A stretch of 64,000 nucleotides of DNA from an uncultured Isosphaeraceae bacterium (lineage in GTDB: Bacteria > Planctomycetota > GCA-002687715), in NCBI GenBank assembly GCA_964507445.1, contig CAZDQF010000012.1, forward strand, positions 65,989 through 129,988, in the 5' to 3' direction. Of this stretch, positions 47,184-56,023 are shown piece after piece. Both the position numbers and the translations under genes were made by a program. The first letter of the stretch is position 1. Each line of letters starts with the position of its first letter. Below the pieces are notes generated by a model. That model was not told the origin of the DNA. It saw nothing but the letters and a program-made list of their open reading frames with translations, and searched no databases.

Positions 47184-49685
47184 CTATGGAATCACGTAGC
47201 GGACGCCTCCCGCGATGCTGGTCGCGGCGGGCGTGGCGTCCACGGTTACCCCGGAGATGATGAACGACCAGCCCGAGACCACCGGGGTGTTGGGGATCAC
47301 CAGCTGCGCCGAGGCGGAGCCCTGGTGATCCAACACTCCGTAGAAGTCCTGGAACACGGAGGGGAACAGGGGGACCATGCCGAACAGGTCGTCCTCATCC
47401 AGGGGGACGACTCCGATGCCGGTGGAGACTCCTTGCAACGCGCTGCGCGCCACGCCGAGCAGGTAGGTGGCGTGGGGGTGATGCGGCGCGGTGACCTGGA
47501 CGGTGGACGTGCTGCCCGCCATGGGGCTCCCCGTCACGGTCAGGTCCATGGGCGGTTCGAACCCGTGCAAGGAGAGGTCATCGATGGCGACCTCGAGGAT
47601 GTCCAGTGAAGGCCAGTCGACCGCGCGGAACCGGATGCGCATGGCGCTGGTTCTGGGGAGGTGGTCTTCGAGCACGTGGGTCACTTCGACCCACTGGGGC
47701 TGGTTGAGGGTGACCACCTCCATGGGCTTCCAGGTGTCTCCTCCGTCGTTGGAGAGCGAGACCTCCAGGAACCCTGACCCGAGGTTGGAGACCGCGAACC
47801 ACCGCCAGTAGGTGAGCCGTGGTCGGAAGAGGTGCGAGGCGTCCAGCAACGGGGAGATCAGGGTGGTGATCCCGTCCACATCGTGGGTGGCGTGGTTCCC
47901 GGGGCTGCCGCCCAGGTCTCCCGTGACCCAGCAGTGGGTGCCCGGCGCCGGGGTGTGGTCATGATCCGGGTTCCACAGCTGGTTGGCGAACGTGGTGCCC
48001 GTGGGGGCCGCCAGGACCCAATCGCCAGCGGATGAGATCTCGTTGTGCACGGTCCAGCCACCCTGGCCGCTCTCGAAGTCCTCGAACAACGTGGGCGCCG
48101 CTTCCAGGCCCGCAGGTTGGGAGACCGTGACCCGGCTGGGGGCGCCCAGAGGGCCCTCCACGACGATGTCGAAGGTCACCTCCGCCCCCACCGGCGTCGC
48201 CGCGTTGATCTGAACTTGCATGGGGCTGCCGTTTGAAGCGGTGCCGCCGTGGGCCGCGACCACGCCGACGCTGACCGGGCCGCCCAGGACCTGGACCCAC
48301 GGGTTCGTGCTCTCGATCCGCAGCTCGAAGGTGTCCGGGCTGACGCCTCCGTTGCTCACGGTGGCGCTGACGTCCAGGACCTCCCCCGGGTCCCAGCTCC
48401 CGTTGGATTGCCCGGAGTCGATGACGTCGAAATCCAGGATCCGTGGATCCGGTCCCGTGATCCGAGTCACGTGCTTGAGGAAGGCGAAGGCGTCCTCGCA
48501 GATGGGGATGATGCGAGACGTGGATGGCCAGAAGCCGTCCGTCAGGCTGCCCAGCTCTGCTGCGAAGGACCAGACGCTCTCACCGCCGTTGACGGCGCCG
48601 TAGTGCCAATCAAGAGACGTCCCGTTGGCAGGCTGGCCCAGGAGCGAGTAGGAGTGGCCCGTTGCGTACTGGGGGGAGAGGTGCGCGAGCTCGGAGGCGA
48701 AGGTGTCATAGATGGGCTGCACAGCGGAGGACGCGGTGGCGCCAAAGGCATACCCCGGGGGTATGAACACGTAGGAGCCGAACGCGTGCAGGGTGAAGTA
48801 CCCGGCGAGCCGTGCTCCGAGGCTGGTGGACAGACCCTTGATGGCTGCCGCACACGGTTCGCTGAAGGGCGCCGTGCCCCGATAGTAAGGAGAGCTGGGG
48901 GTAGCGCTGGAGCCCACCTCATCGAGGCCCCACTGGAAGGCGTAGTTGCGGTTGGGGTCCACGCCCACGGAGCCGTCGCTGTTGATGCGCCGGTTCTTCC
49001 TCCAGACGCCGCCGCCACCGGGGTGGGTCGCTTCGTTGTGGACGAACCCGTCTACGTTCACCAGGGGCACGATGTACAGCTCCCGATGGTCCACGAGGCT
49101 GGTCAGCTCCGGGTCCACGCCGTGCCCTTCGCACAGCCGTTTGGCGAACCAGACGCAGGCCTGCACGGTGATGGGTTCGCGACCGTGATGCCCCCCGTCG
49201 ATGACCACCGCCGGTTCGTTCTCGCTGACCTGAGGGTTATCGGAGATCTTCCACATCCAGATGTCACGCCCCTCGAGGGTGAGGCCCAGGGAGACCTTCG
49301 GGGCGACCAGATTGGGATGGAGGGCCCGGAGCTCGTCCATGGCGGCGACCACCTCCTGGTGCGTGTAGTACCCCCCCATGGACCCCTGCCCGAAGGGGGG
49401 CGTCCCCACCCATCGCGACGCCGTCTGGAGCCGTGAGGCGTAGTCCTGCTCCACGTTCCAGCTGACGACCCGCGCCGCGAATCCCATGGCGCGGAGCCTC
49501 GAGAGGGACTCGGCGTCACCGAAGACGCGCGGCTCCGGGGTCATGCGGATCACGTCGAACGACCCGCACTGCAGGCGCTCCATGTCCACCTTCCCCTTCA
49601 ACGGGACCGCGATTTCGAGGGTCTGCGTCGAGGCGCCCGGCGAGGCGCACCACATCGCGCAGAGTAGGAGCAGGGTGTTCTTCAT
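47184..49685 (-). CDS. Secreted M14-family zinc carboxypeptidase with C-terminal beta-sandwich extensions
   Basis: Signal peptide MKNTLLLLCAMWCASPGAST (start 49685 verified). Zn-binding HxxE region (DGGHHGREPIT) and carboxypeptidase core. The long C-terminal region is probably Ig-like/propeptide domains. Confidence 0.75.
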   Translation of the reverse strand: MKNTLLLLCAMWCASPGASTQTLEIAVPLKGKVDMERLQCGSFDVIRMTPEPRVFGDAESLSRLRAMGFAARVVSWNVEQDYASRLQTASRWVGTPPFGQGSMGGYYTHQEVVAAMDELRALHPNLVAPKVSLGLTLEGRDIWMWKISDNPQVSENEPAVVIDGGHHGREPITVQACVWFAKRLCEGHGVDPELTSLVDHRELYIVPLVNVDGFVHNEATHPGGGGVWRKNRRINSDGSVGVDPNRNYAFQWGLDEVGSSATPSSPYYRGTAPFSEPCAAAIKGLSTSLGARLAGYFTLHAFGSYVFIPPGYAFGATASSAVQPIYDTFASELAHLSPQYATGHSYSLLGQPANGTSLDWHYGAVNGGESVWSFAAELGSLTDGFWPSTSRIIPICEDAFAFLKHVTRITGPDPRILDFDVIDSGQSNGSWDPGEVLDVSATVSNGGVSPDTFELRIESTNPWVQVLGGPVSVGVVAAHGGTASNGSPMQVQINAATPVGAEVTFDIVVEGPLGAPSRVTVSQPAGLEAAPTLFEDFESGQGGWTVHNEISSAGDWVLAAPTGTTFANQLWNPDHDHTPAPGTHCWVTGDLGGSPGNHATHDVDGITTLISPLLDASHLFRPRLTYWRWFAVSNLGSGFLEVSLSNDGGDTWKPMEVVTLNQPQWVEVTHVLEDHLPRTSAMRIRFRAVDWPSLDILEVAIDDLSLHGFEPPMDLTVTGSPMAGSTSTVQVTAPHHPHATYLLGVARSALQGVSTGIGVVPLDEDDLFGMVPLFPSVFQDFYGVLDHQGSASAQLVIPNTPVVSGWSFIISGVTVDATPAATSIAGGVRYVIP

Positions 49686-49809
49686 GTACCGGCAGGGTCG
49701 TTGGCCGACGGGTTCGAGCGGGCGCGCACTTGATCGAGGGCAGTGTACCGCCGAGGGAACGGCCAGCGCCACGCTAATCCTGCGAACAACCTCTGCCTTG
49801 TCGCGGCGC

Positions 49810-50925
49810 TCAGTCGTCTTGCGGAGCGTCTTCGTTCGTCGCTTCCGGCGGCGGCGCAGGGGTCGGGACTCCAGGCCCCTGCAGCGAGTCGGGGGCCACG
49901 TCAGCATAGTCCAGCCCATCCACGTCCTTGCGGAGGATGAGGAACAGGGATGAGAACGCCCCGAAGACGAACGAGATGATCGTGCCCCAGAGGAGCAGGC
50001 GATAGATCAGGTGGACCAGCCCGTAGCCGCAGGCGCAGAGCCACTGGAACCCGCTCAGGCCGGACGTGTCCCCGGTGACCATCTGCGCAAACTCACCGTC
50101 GGCCCAGAGCGGAGCCATGGACCTGGCGATGACCGTCTCTACCAGCCTGCCGTCGATGAACAGACCGTGGATCAGGTCCACGAACAGCCACACGACGGTG
50201 AGGTGGAGCACCAGGGGCAGGGCGCGAGCGAACACATAGTTGATGGACTTGCCGAGGGAGTCGTAGGTGCCTTTGCGCTCGGTGGCGATGGCCGCCGGGA
50301 CGAAGCCCAACGACACGACGCCGGCCACCCCGAGGAGCACGGCGATGACGCTTGAGATCAGGACCAGGGGGACCACCAGGATGCCGAGCACCCAGCCGAT
50401 CCACGGGATCCAGGTGACGATGCCCGCGATGTGGTTACACAGCAGCAGGAAGGCGATGGGCAGCAGCACCGCCAACGGATACAGCATCCCCGTCAGCTTG
50501 ACCTGCCAGGCGTAGGAGAACGCGTCTCCGATCGGGCAGTACTCATCCTTGGCGACGCGGAGGACCAGGGTCCGGCAGATGGCGACGCCGAACGTGGACC
50601 ACAGGAAGAAGAACAGGATGACCTGTCCCGCGAACACCACGCCCAGATGATCGACCGGGTCGGACGCGCTCGCGGTCGGCCACGAGAGGGAGGCCACGGC
50701 GTTCCATGCCTCGGCGGGGAATTGACCCGCCAGGAGATCCGCTCGCTCGCTGAACGAAGGGGCGTTGTCGGCGTCCACGCCCTCGGGCAACCCAGCGAAC
50801 ATGGCGAGTCCGAAGGAGCCCGCCCAGAAGACCACCACCGCGACGGCGGCCAGGGCCATGGCGTTGAGTGAGAGCGGAAACCAGAGGACCCGGAAGACCT
50901 TGAAGAGGCTCGTGTTTTCGCTCAT
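49810..50925 (-). CDS. Hypothetical polytopic membrane protein
   Basis: About 8 hydrophobic helices and no recognised motif. Confidence 0.45.
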   Translation of the reverse strand: MSENTSLFKVFRVLWFPLSLNAMALAAVAVVVFWAGSFGLAMFAGLPEGVDADNAPSFSERADLLAGQFPAEAWNAVASLSWPTASASDPVDHLGVVFAGQVILFFFLWSTFGVAICRTLVLRVAKDEYCPIGDAFSYAWQVKLTGMLYPLAVLLPIAFLLLCNHIAGIVTWIPWIGWVLGILVVPLVLISSVIAVLLGVAGVVSLGFVPAAIATERKGTYDSLGKSINYVFARALPLVLHLTVVWLFVDLIHGLFIDGRLVETVIARSMAPLWADGEFAQMVTGDTSGLSGFQWLCACGYGLVHLIYRLLLWGTIISFVFGAFSSLFLILRKDVDGLDYADVAPDSLQGPGVPTPAPPPEATNEDAPQDD

Positions 50926-51067
50926 CAGAAGATGACTCCTGCGCCGCGCGCGCGGTCATGGTAGAGCAGAGCATAGGGGTGGGCAAGCGCGGGTGGGCCC
51001 GGTGTCCCACCCCATGGCGCTTCGCTTCCGGGCAGCGCATCCGGATCGCAGAGGACAGGACCGAATC

Positions 51068-52111
51068 ATGACCGTATCACCGGAAGATCCGCGTTACTCC
51101 CGTCAGGTGCTGTTCAAGCCCATCGGCGCGGAGGGGCAGCGTCGGCTGTCAGAGAGCACGGTGGCCATCGTCGGCTGTGGAGCCCTGGGGGCGTCCCTGG
51201 CGGAGCAGGCGTCACGGGTGGGCTTCGGCGGCTTGTTGCTCATTGATCGGGACGTGGTGGAGGAGTCGAACCTCGGTCGGCAATCCCTGTACACGGCGCA
51301 GGACGCGGAAGAGGGGTTGCCCAAGGCGGCGGCCTTGTCGCGTCACTTGAAGGCCTTCAATCCGGACCTCGTGGTGACGGCTTCCGTCTCCGATCTCAAC
51401 GGGGCTACGGTGGATGGCCTGCTGAATGGAGCCGACCTGATCCTGGACGGGACCGATAATTTCGAGACGCGCTACTTGCTCAACGACTGGTGCGTGTCGC
51501 GCGGGGTTCCATGGATCTATGGGGCCTGCGTCGCCAGCCGTGGCCTCACGGCGGTGATCGTCCCTGGAGAGACCCCCTGTCTACGGTGCCTCTTTCCGGC
51601 GCCGCCGCCCGCCGGTGCTGCGGAGACCTGCGACACCAGCGGTATCATCGCGCCGGCAGCCACGGTGATCGCCGCGCTGCAGATGGCGGAGGCCCTCAAG
51701 ATCCTCGCCGGAGCGCGAGACGACGTTCGTGGGACCCTCTTCTCCATCGAGCTCTGGCCGTTCAGGGTTATTGAGCTGGGGGGTACAAACCCGCAGCCGC
51801 GGGCCGACTGTCCTTGCTGTGCGGAGCGTCGGTTTGATTGGCTCGACGAAACCGCGAGGACCCGGACGTTGACCTATTGCGGTCGAGATGCGGTACAGGT
51901 TGTTCCCCCCCAGAAGGGGCGAGCCTTCGACCTGGACGCGGTGGAGCGCCGACTTGCGGAGTCGTTCCTCTGCCGCCGCAATGACTACGTGCTGAAGGTC
52001 GAGCTGACGAAGCACGAGTTGACGGTGTTTGACGACGGCCGGGCTCTGGTCTCTGGCACCGCTGACGCCGAGGAGGCGCGCTCGATCTACGATCGATACG
52101 TGGGAAGTTGA
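51068..52111 (+). CDS. ThiF/MoeB/HesA-family E1-like adenylyltransferase with about 100-aa C-terminal extension
   Basis: Rossmann nucleotide-binding IVGCGALG, LLLIDRDVVEESNLGRQ, two CxxC zinc pairs (CLRC, CPCC), and an extra C-terminal domain (FDLDAVERRLAE...VLKVELTKHELTVFDDGRALVSG). Start MTVSPEDPRYSRQ at 51068 verified. Confidence 0.82.
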   Translation: MTVSPEDPRYSRQVLFKPIGAEGQRRLSESTVAIVGCGALGASLAEQASRVGFGGLLLIDRDVVEESNLGRQSLYTAQDAEEGLPKAAALSRHLKAFNPDLVVTASVSDLNGATVDGLLNGADLILDGTDNFETRYLLNDWCVSRGVPWIYGACVASRGLTAVIVPGETPCLRCLFPAPPPAGAAETCDTSGIIAPAATVIAALQMAEALKILAGARDDVRGTLFSIELWPFRVIELGGTNPQPRADCPCCAERRFDWLDETARTRTLTYCGRDAVQVVPPQKGRAFDLDAVERRLAESFLCRRNDYVLKVELTKHELTVFDDGRALVSGTADAEEARSIYDRYVGS

Positions 52112-52202
52112 CGAGCGATCTCCGTGGGCTGGCCCAGAACGCGAAGCGCCCCCCGAAGACCTCGGTCTTCGGGGGGCGCTTCGCCATGCGAGGGACCTGT
52201 CC

Positions 52203-54902
52203 CTACGGTGCGGTTGTGCAGTTGAGCGGCGCGGAGTAACCGAAGGTCACCGAGCTCACCGTGGGCAGCGAGTTGGTGGGCAACGTGCCGGTGCCGGAGG
52301 TGTTCGGGGTCGGGATGGTCATGCTGACCCGGAAGCGGATGTAGCGGTACCCGTCGATCTGGTCGATGTTGGGGCCGGTGACCCACGAAGAGACGCTGCT
52401 CAGATCGGGACTGCCACCAGACAGCGCTTCGAAGGCGCCCTGGTATTCGACCACGACCGTGGCGCTCGCGGGCGGATTGGTGCCCAGGCTGGTGGACTCC
52501 ATGACCGTGGCCGGATCGAAGTCCGGGTCGCCATAGCCGGTGTCGAAGAAGATGGAGAGCGCTGTCCCGCTGGTGGTGACGGAGTCGAAGGGGAACTGCA
52601 GCACGCTGATGTTGGCGCCGCCGGTTCCACCCATGGCGGGGATGAAGTTGGTCTCCACCACTCCGTCCGGGTCCTCGAACTGGTAGAGGCCGGTGCCGCC
52701 GCCGCCGCTGGCGTGATCGCTGCACGTGTTGTTGGCTGCGCCGGGTGTGACGGTCAGCTGGGCCGTGGTCGAGATGTTGATCCCCAAGAAGCTCTGGAGC
52801 CAGATCTCACCACCGGAGCCGCCAGCGCCGCCGCCGCCGAAGAACAGGTTCCCCATGCCGCCGCTGGCTCCGTTGAAGAACAGAGCCGAGCCGGGGTTGA
52901 GGTCGATGTTCTGGACCGCGGAGATGCGGAAGCCGCCGCCGCCGCCGCCGCCGCCGCCGCCCTGGTCATCTGCCGTTGAGCCCATGATTTCGTGACGATC
53001 GCCGCCGCCGCCGCCGCCGGAGCCGGCGGAGAGAATGGAGATGGGAGCGATCATGGCTGGTGGTACGGGAGTGGCGTTGGAGACGGGCTGATTGGCCGAC
53101 GTCTGGGCGATGCAGCCCTGGGCCGCGTTGGACCGAGCCTGACCGTTGCCCCCGGATTCCCATGCGGTGCCGCCTCCGCCACCGACGCCGCCCATGTCAC
53201 CCATGACGCCGCCGGCGGGGAAGCGGAAAGCTCCCGCGCCGCCCGCGCCGCCCGCGAACAACGCGTTCGCGCCGAACGGGCCCACGTTGTCCATGCCGCT
53301 GATCGGTGGGCCGAAGCCAGACTCGGCCACGTTGGTGCGAGTGGAGAATCCGTCCTGGGACGCCCGCCCGCCGTTTCCTCCGCCGACGCCGCCGACGCCG
53401 GCTTTGACGATGGAGTTGGCGGCGCTGCCGCCGTTGTTGAACGCGCCACTACCGGCGCCCTGGTTGGGGATGCCCGTCGCGGCGCTGTTGGTGCCGGCGT
53501 TGCCGTTGATGGTGCCGCTGATCTGGGCCTGGCCGAGGCAGCGGAGGTGGACTCTGTAGACGCCCTGGGCGCGGACGTTGGCGCCCGCGGCGACGGTGAA
53601 GTTGAGGCAGTCCCAGTTACCGTCCGCGAACCCAGGCTGAGCGGCCATGCCGGTGTCCAGGGTCTGGGAGCCTGCGTTGAAGGTCAGGTCTCCGAAGCTG
53701 CCGTCACCGGTGAGGGTGAAGGGGAAGGTGGAGCCGATTGCCCCCGAGCCGTCCCAGATCGCGATCCCGGTGACGGTGTCGCGGTTGGTGGTCGTGGAGA
53801 AGTCGTCCATGATGGGCGGCTGTGCGCAGAACGTGATGGGGATGGTCTGGAAGAACCGCTTGCCGCTGGTCGGGGAAGCGGGGTCGTTGGGGTCGTAGAG
53901 GACCACCGAGTTCTGACCGAAGTCCTGGATCGCCGAGGACAGCTCGAGCTCGTACTGGACGTTGGCCAGTAGCTGGGAAGAGGCGAGGTAGTCGATGCGG
54001 GCATAGCCTTCCTCCCCGGCCTCAGGAGTTCCGGTCTGGAAGAACTGCACGGAGCCTGGGACCTGCGCCCCGGAGTTGCTGTTGATCAGCCTCACGTTGG
54101 CCAGGTTGATCCCTGCGGGGAAGAGGGGCTCGCTGATGAAGATGGTGACCGTGTCGTTGGCGACGTTGCTCGGGTCGATGGACGGGGGAGAGGGGTCGTT
54201 GCTGACGGGGGTCGTGACCACCACGAACGGAGGGCCCGGGATGGGGTCCGTGAAGCAGGCGGCGGCGCCGCCGGTGCCGTTGGGATCACAGGTCGTGAAG
54301 GTCGCCACCGCGGAGTTCTGGATGGGGCCGCCCCCGACGTTCAGCACCTGTCCGCCGCCGCCCGCGCTGGGGATGAACAGGGTGTAGGGGATGGCTCCGC
54401 CGAGTCCGGCCGTGGTCGCCGGGTTGAGCGGATCGGTCGGTGGAGTCGGCAGGAAGGTGACGATGCGTTCGTTGCCCGCCGGGAAGTTGGGTGAATCGGA
54501 CACCGCGAACGATCCGGCGGCTCCGACCGTGGTCACCCCATCTGTGGTCGTGATGTTGATGGTGCCCAGGGCGACCCCGGCTTGCGGCAGCGAGGTCGGG
54601 TCCACGTTGCCCTCGAACTCGATCTCGACGGCCACGTTGAGTGGGATGTTGGCGGGCGGGTTGGGTGTCGTCGGCCCGGTTGCGCTGCTCCACAGTTCGA
54701 TAGTGGCGAAGCCGTTGCTGGTCGGCACGTTCAGCAGTCGGACGGAGGACACCAGCGACTCACCGCTGCCACCACCACCACCGCCACCACCGCCGCCGCC
54801 GCCCCCACCGCCGCCGCCGCCGCCCCCACCGCCGCCGAGTCCCATGACGGTCACCGCGACTAACGCGACGATGAGGCCAGGGTGCTTGCGCATGAATGTC
54901 AT
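52203..54902 (-). CDS. Secreted glycine-rich repeat protein (paralog of 6829-9789) with 23-residue poly-Gly tract after the signal peptide
   Basis: Signal peptide M(TF)MRKHPGLIVALVAVTVMG followed by G23. Shares FRFPAGGVMGDMGG, GNLFFGGGGAGGSGG, GTGLYQFEDPDGVV and a C-terminal YRYIRFRVSMTIP block with the other copy. Confidence 0.7.
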   Translation of the reverse strand: MTFMRKHPGLIVALVAVTVMGLGGGGGGGGGGGGGGGGGGGGGGGSGESLVSSVRLLNVPTSNGFATIELWSSATGPTTPNPPANIPLNVAVEIEFEGNVDPTSLPQAGVALGTINITTTDGVTTVGAAGSFAVSDSPNFPAGNERIVTFLPTPPTDPLNPATTAGLGGAIPYTLFIPSAGGGGQVLNVGGGPIQNSAVATFTTCDPNGTGGAAACFTDPIPGPPFVVVTTPVSNDPSPPSIDPSNVANDTVTIFISEPLFPAGINLANVRLINSNSGAQVPGSVQFFQTGTPEAGEEGYARIDYLASSQLLANVQYELELSSAIQDFGQNSVVLYDPNDPASPTSGKRFFQTIPITFCAQPPIMDDFSTTTNRDTVTGIAIWDGSGAIGSTFPFTLTGDGSFGDLTFNAGSQTLDTGMAAQPGFADGNWDCLNFTVAAGANVRAQGVYRVHLRCLGQAQISGTINGNAGTNSAATGIPNQGAGSGAFNNGGSAANSIVKAGVGGVGGGNGGRASQDGFSTRTNVAESGFGPPISGMDNVGPFGANALFAGGAGGAGAFRFPAGGVMGDMGGVGGGGGTAWESGGNGQARSNAAQGCIAQTSANQPVSNATPVPPAMIAPISILSAGSGGGGGGDRHEIMGSTADDQGGGGGGGGGGFRISAVQNIDLNPGSALFFNGASGGMGNLFFGGGGAGGSGGEIWLQSFLGINISTTAQLTVTPGAANNTCSDHASGGGGTGLYQFEDPDGVVETNFIPAMGGTGGANISVLQFPFDSVTTSGTALSIFFDTGYGDPDFDPATVMESTSLGTNPPASATVVVEYQGAFEALSGGSPDLSSVSSWVTGPNIDQIDGYRYIRFRVSMTIPTPNTSGTGTLPTNSLPTVSSVTFGYSAPLNCTTAP
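54768..54837. repeat. GGN-codon simple sequence repeat (gcc/acc triplets on the plus strand) encoding poly-Gly
   Basis: About 70 nt of near-perfect (GCC/ACC)n directly visible in the sequence, inside the N-terminus of the 52203-54902 gene. Confidence 0.85.
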
Positions 54903-55582
54903 TCCCGCGAACTCCTTGTTGAGAGAGGGCAGCCCGACCATCACCCGACGCACCCGGCGAGCGCAGCTCGGAGCTGCTGTCACCGATACGCGAGCGCAAA
55001 CGGGATACCGTTCTCCTCGCTCTCAGGGCCTATCCAGAAGCCCTTGCTTGTAAGGTCCTTACATCCGGCGCCCTTGCTGCGCTATGACGCTCGCCGTCAA
55101 GCGGAGCGGAAGCGCACGGGAGGGTTTGCCGGAGCGTCTCTCGATCCTCCCGCTTCCATCAGGCGGGAGGCGACGAGGATTGTAGGAGCGGTGCCAGGAC
55201 CGGTCAACGGCTCAGGACTTGGGCCTTGGAGGCGGGGCCGGTAACGTCCGCGCTCTCTCTCATGACCGCCGAATTCAGAAATTCCCGCAGATCATCCGGT
55301 CCCGTGCGAGGTCCTGGTTTCGTCTCCCTGGGAACCGTGCCTCCCAGGGCGGAGGAGGCGCTCGCGGCCTGCACAGAGCGAGCTGGGTGTCGACTCTTCC
55401 GTGCATCTGGCCCGGCGGCGGAAGGGGATTGGGCGGTTCAAGGCGAGCCGGATCAACTGGCCGCCCTGAGGGTCCTGGTGGCTCCCCTGGGTGACTTGGC
55501 AGGGGTCGCTGGAGCCCTGGGCTCGGCCGTGGATGCTGGACCAGGCCCGGACCCCCTCCCGCCGGCGGACCAGGACCTGTAC

Positions 55583-55993
55583 CGGCGCCGTCAGGTGGAC
55601 GAGGAAGACGGCCATGAGGCCGGGAGCCCGCCCACGTTGTTGATCACTCGGGAGTTCAGCTTCGACGCCGCTCACAACCTGCCCCGCTATGACGGCAAGT
55701 GCGAGCGCCTGCACGGGCACAACTACCGGGTGCGGGTGACGGTGAAGGCTCCCCTCGACGCCTGGAGCGGGCTCTGCTTCGACTTCCATGACATCAAGAC
55801 CGTGGTCAGGGAACGGGTCGTGGATGTGCTGGACCACCGATACCTGAACGAGTTCCTCCCCAACCCCAGCGCGGAGCATCTCGCGGTCTGGTGCTGGCAG
55901 CGGCTGGAGAGCCTGCCCTTGCACGAGATCCAGATCTGGGAGACCCCCACCAGCTACGTCACCTACCGGGGCCCGTCGTCCTTCGAAGGTTGA
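55583..55993 (+). CDS. queD: 6-carboxy-5,6,7,8-tetrahydropterin synthase (QueD / 6-pyruvoyl-tetrahydropterin synthase family)
   Basis: FSFDAAHNLPRYDGKCERLHGHNYRVRVTV with the CxxxHGH zinc/catalytic motif. The 5' part of the track ORF (55226-55582) has A/T-ending codons and looks non-coding, so a GTG start near 55583 is assumed. Confidence 0.78.
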   Translation, partial: RRRQVDEEDGHEAGSPPTLLITREFSFDAAHNLPRYDGKCERLHGHNYRVRVTVKAPLDAWSGLCFDFHDIKTVVRERVVDVLDHRYLNEFLPNPSAEHLAVWCWQRLESLPLHEIQIWETPTSYVTYRGPSSFEG

Positions 55994-56023
55994 CGCGGTC
56001 GGGGCGCCCTCTAGGGTGAGGGG

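Noticed and set aside
54768-54837. CRISPR-like regularity of the GCC/ACC repeat
   Set aside because: It is a triplet microsatellite inside a coding region (poly-Gly), with no spacer-repeat structure and no cas genes.
55226-55582. 5' 119 codons of the queD track ORF
   Set aside because: Codon third positions are far less GC-biased than in the QueD core. QueD enzymes are about 120-140 aa, so this is treated as a non-coding leader and a GTG start near 55583 is assumed (moderate uncertainty).
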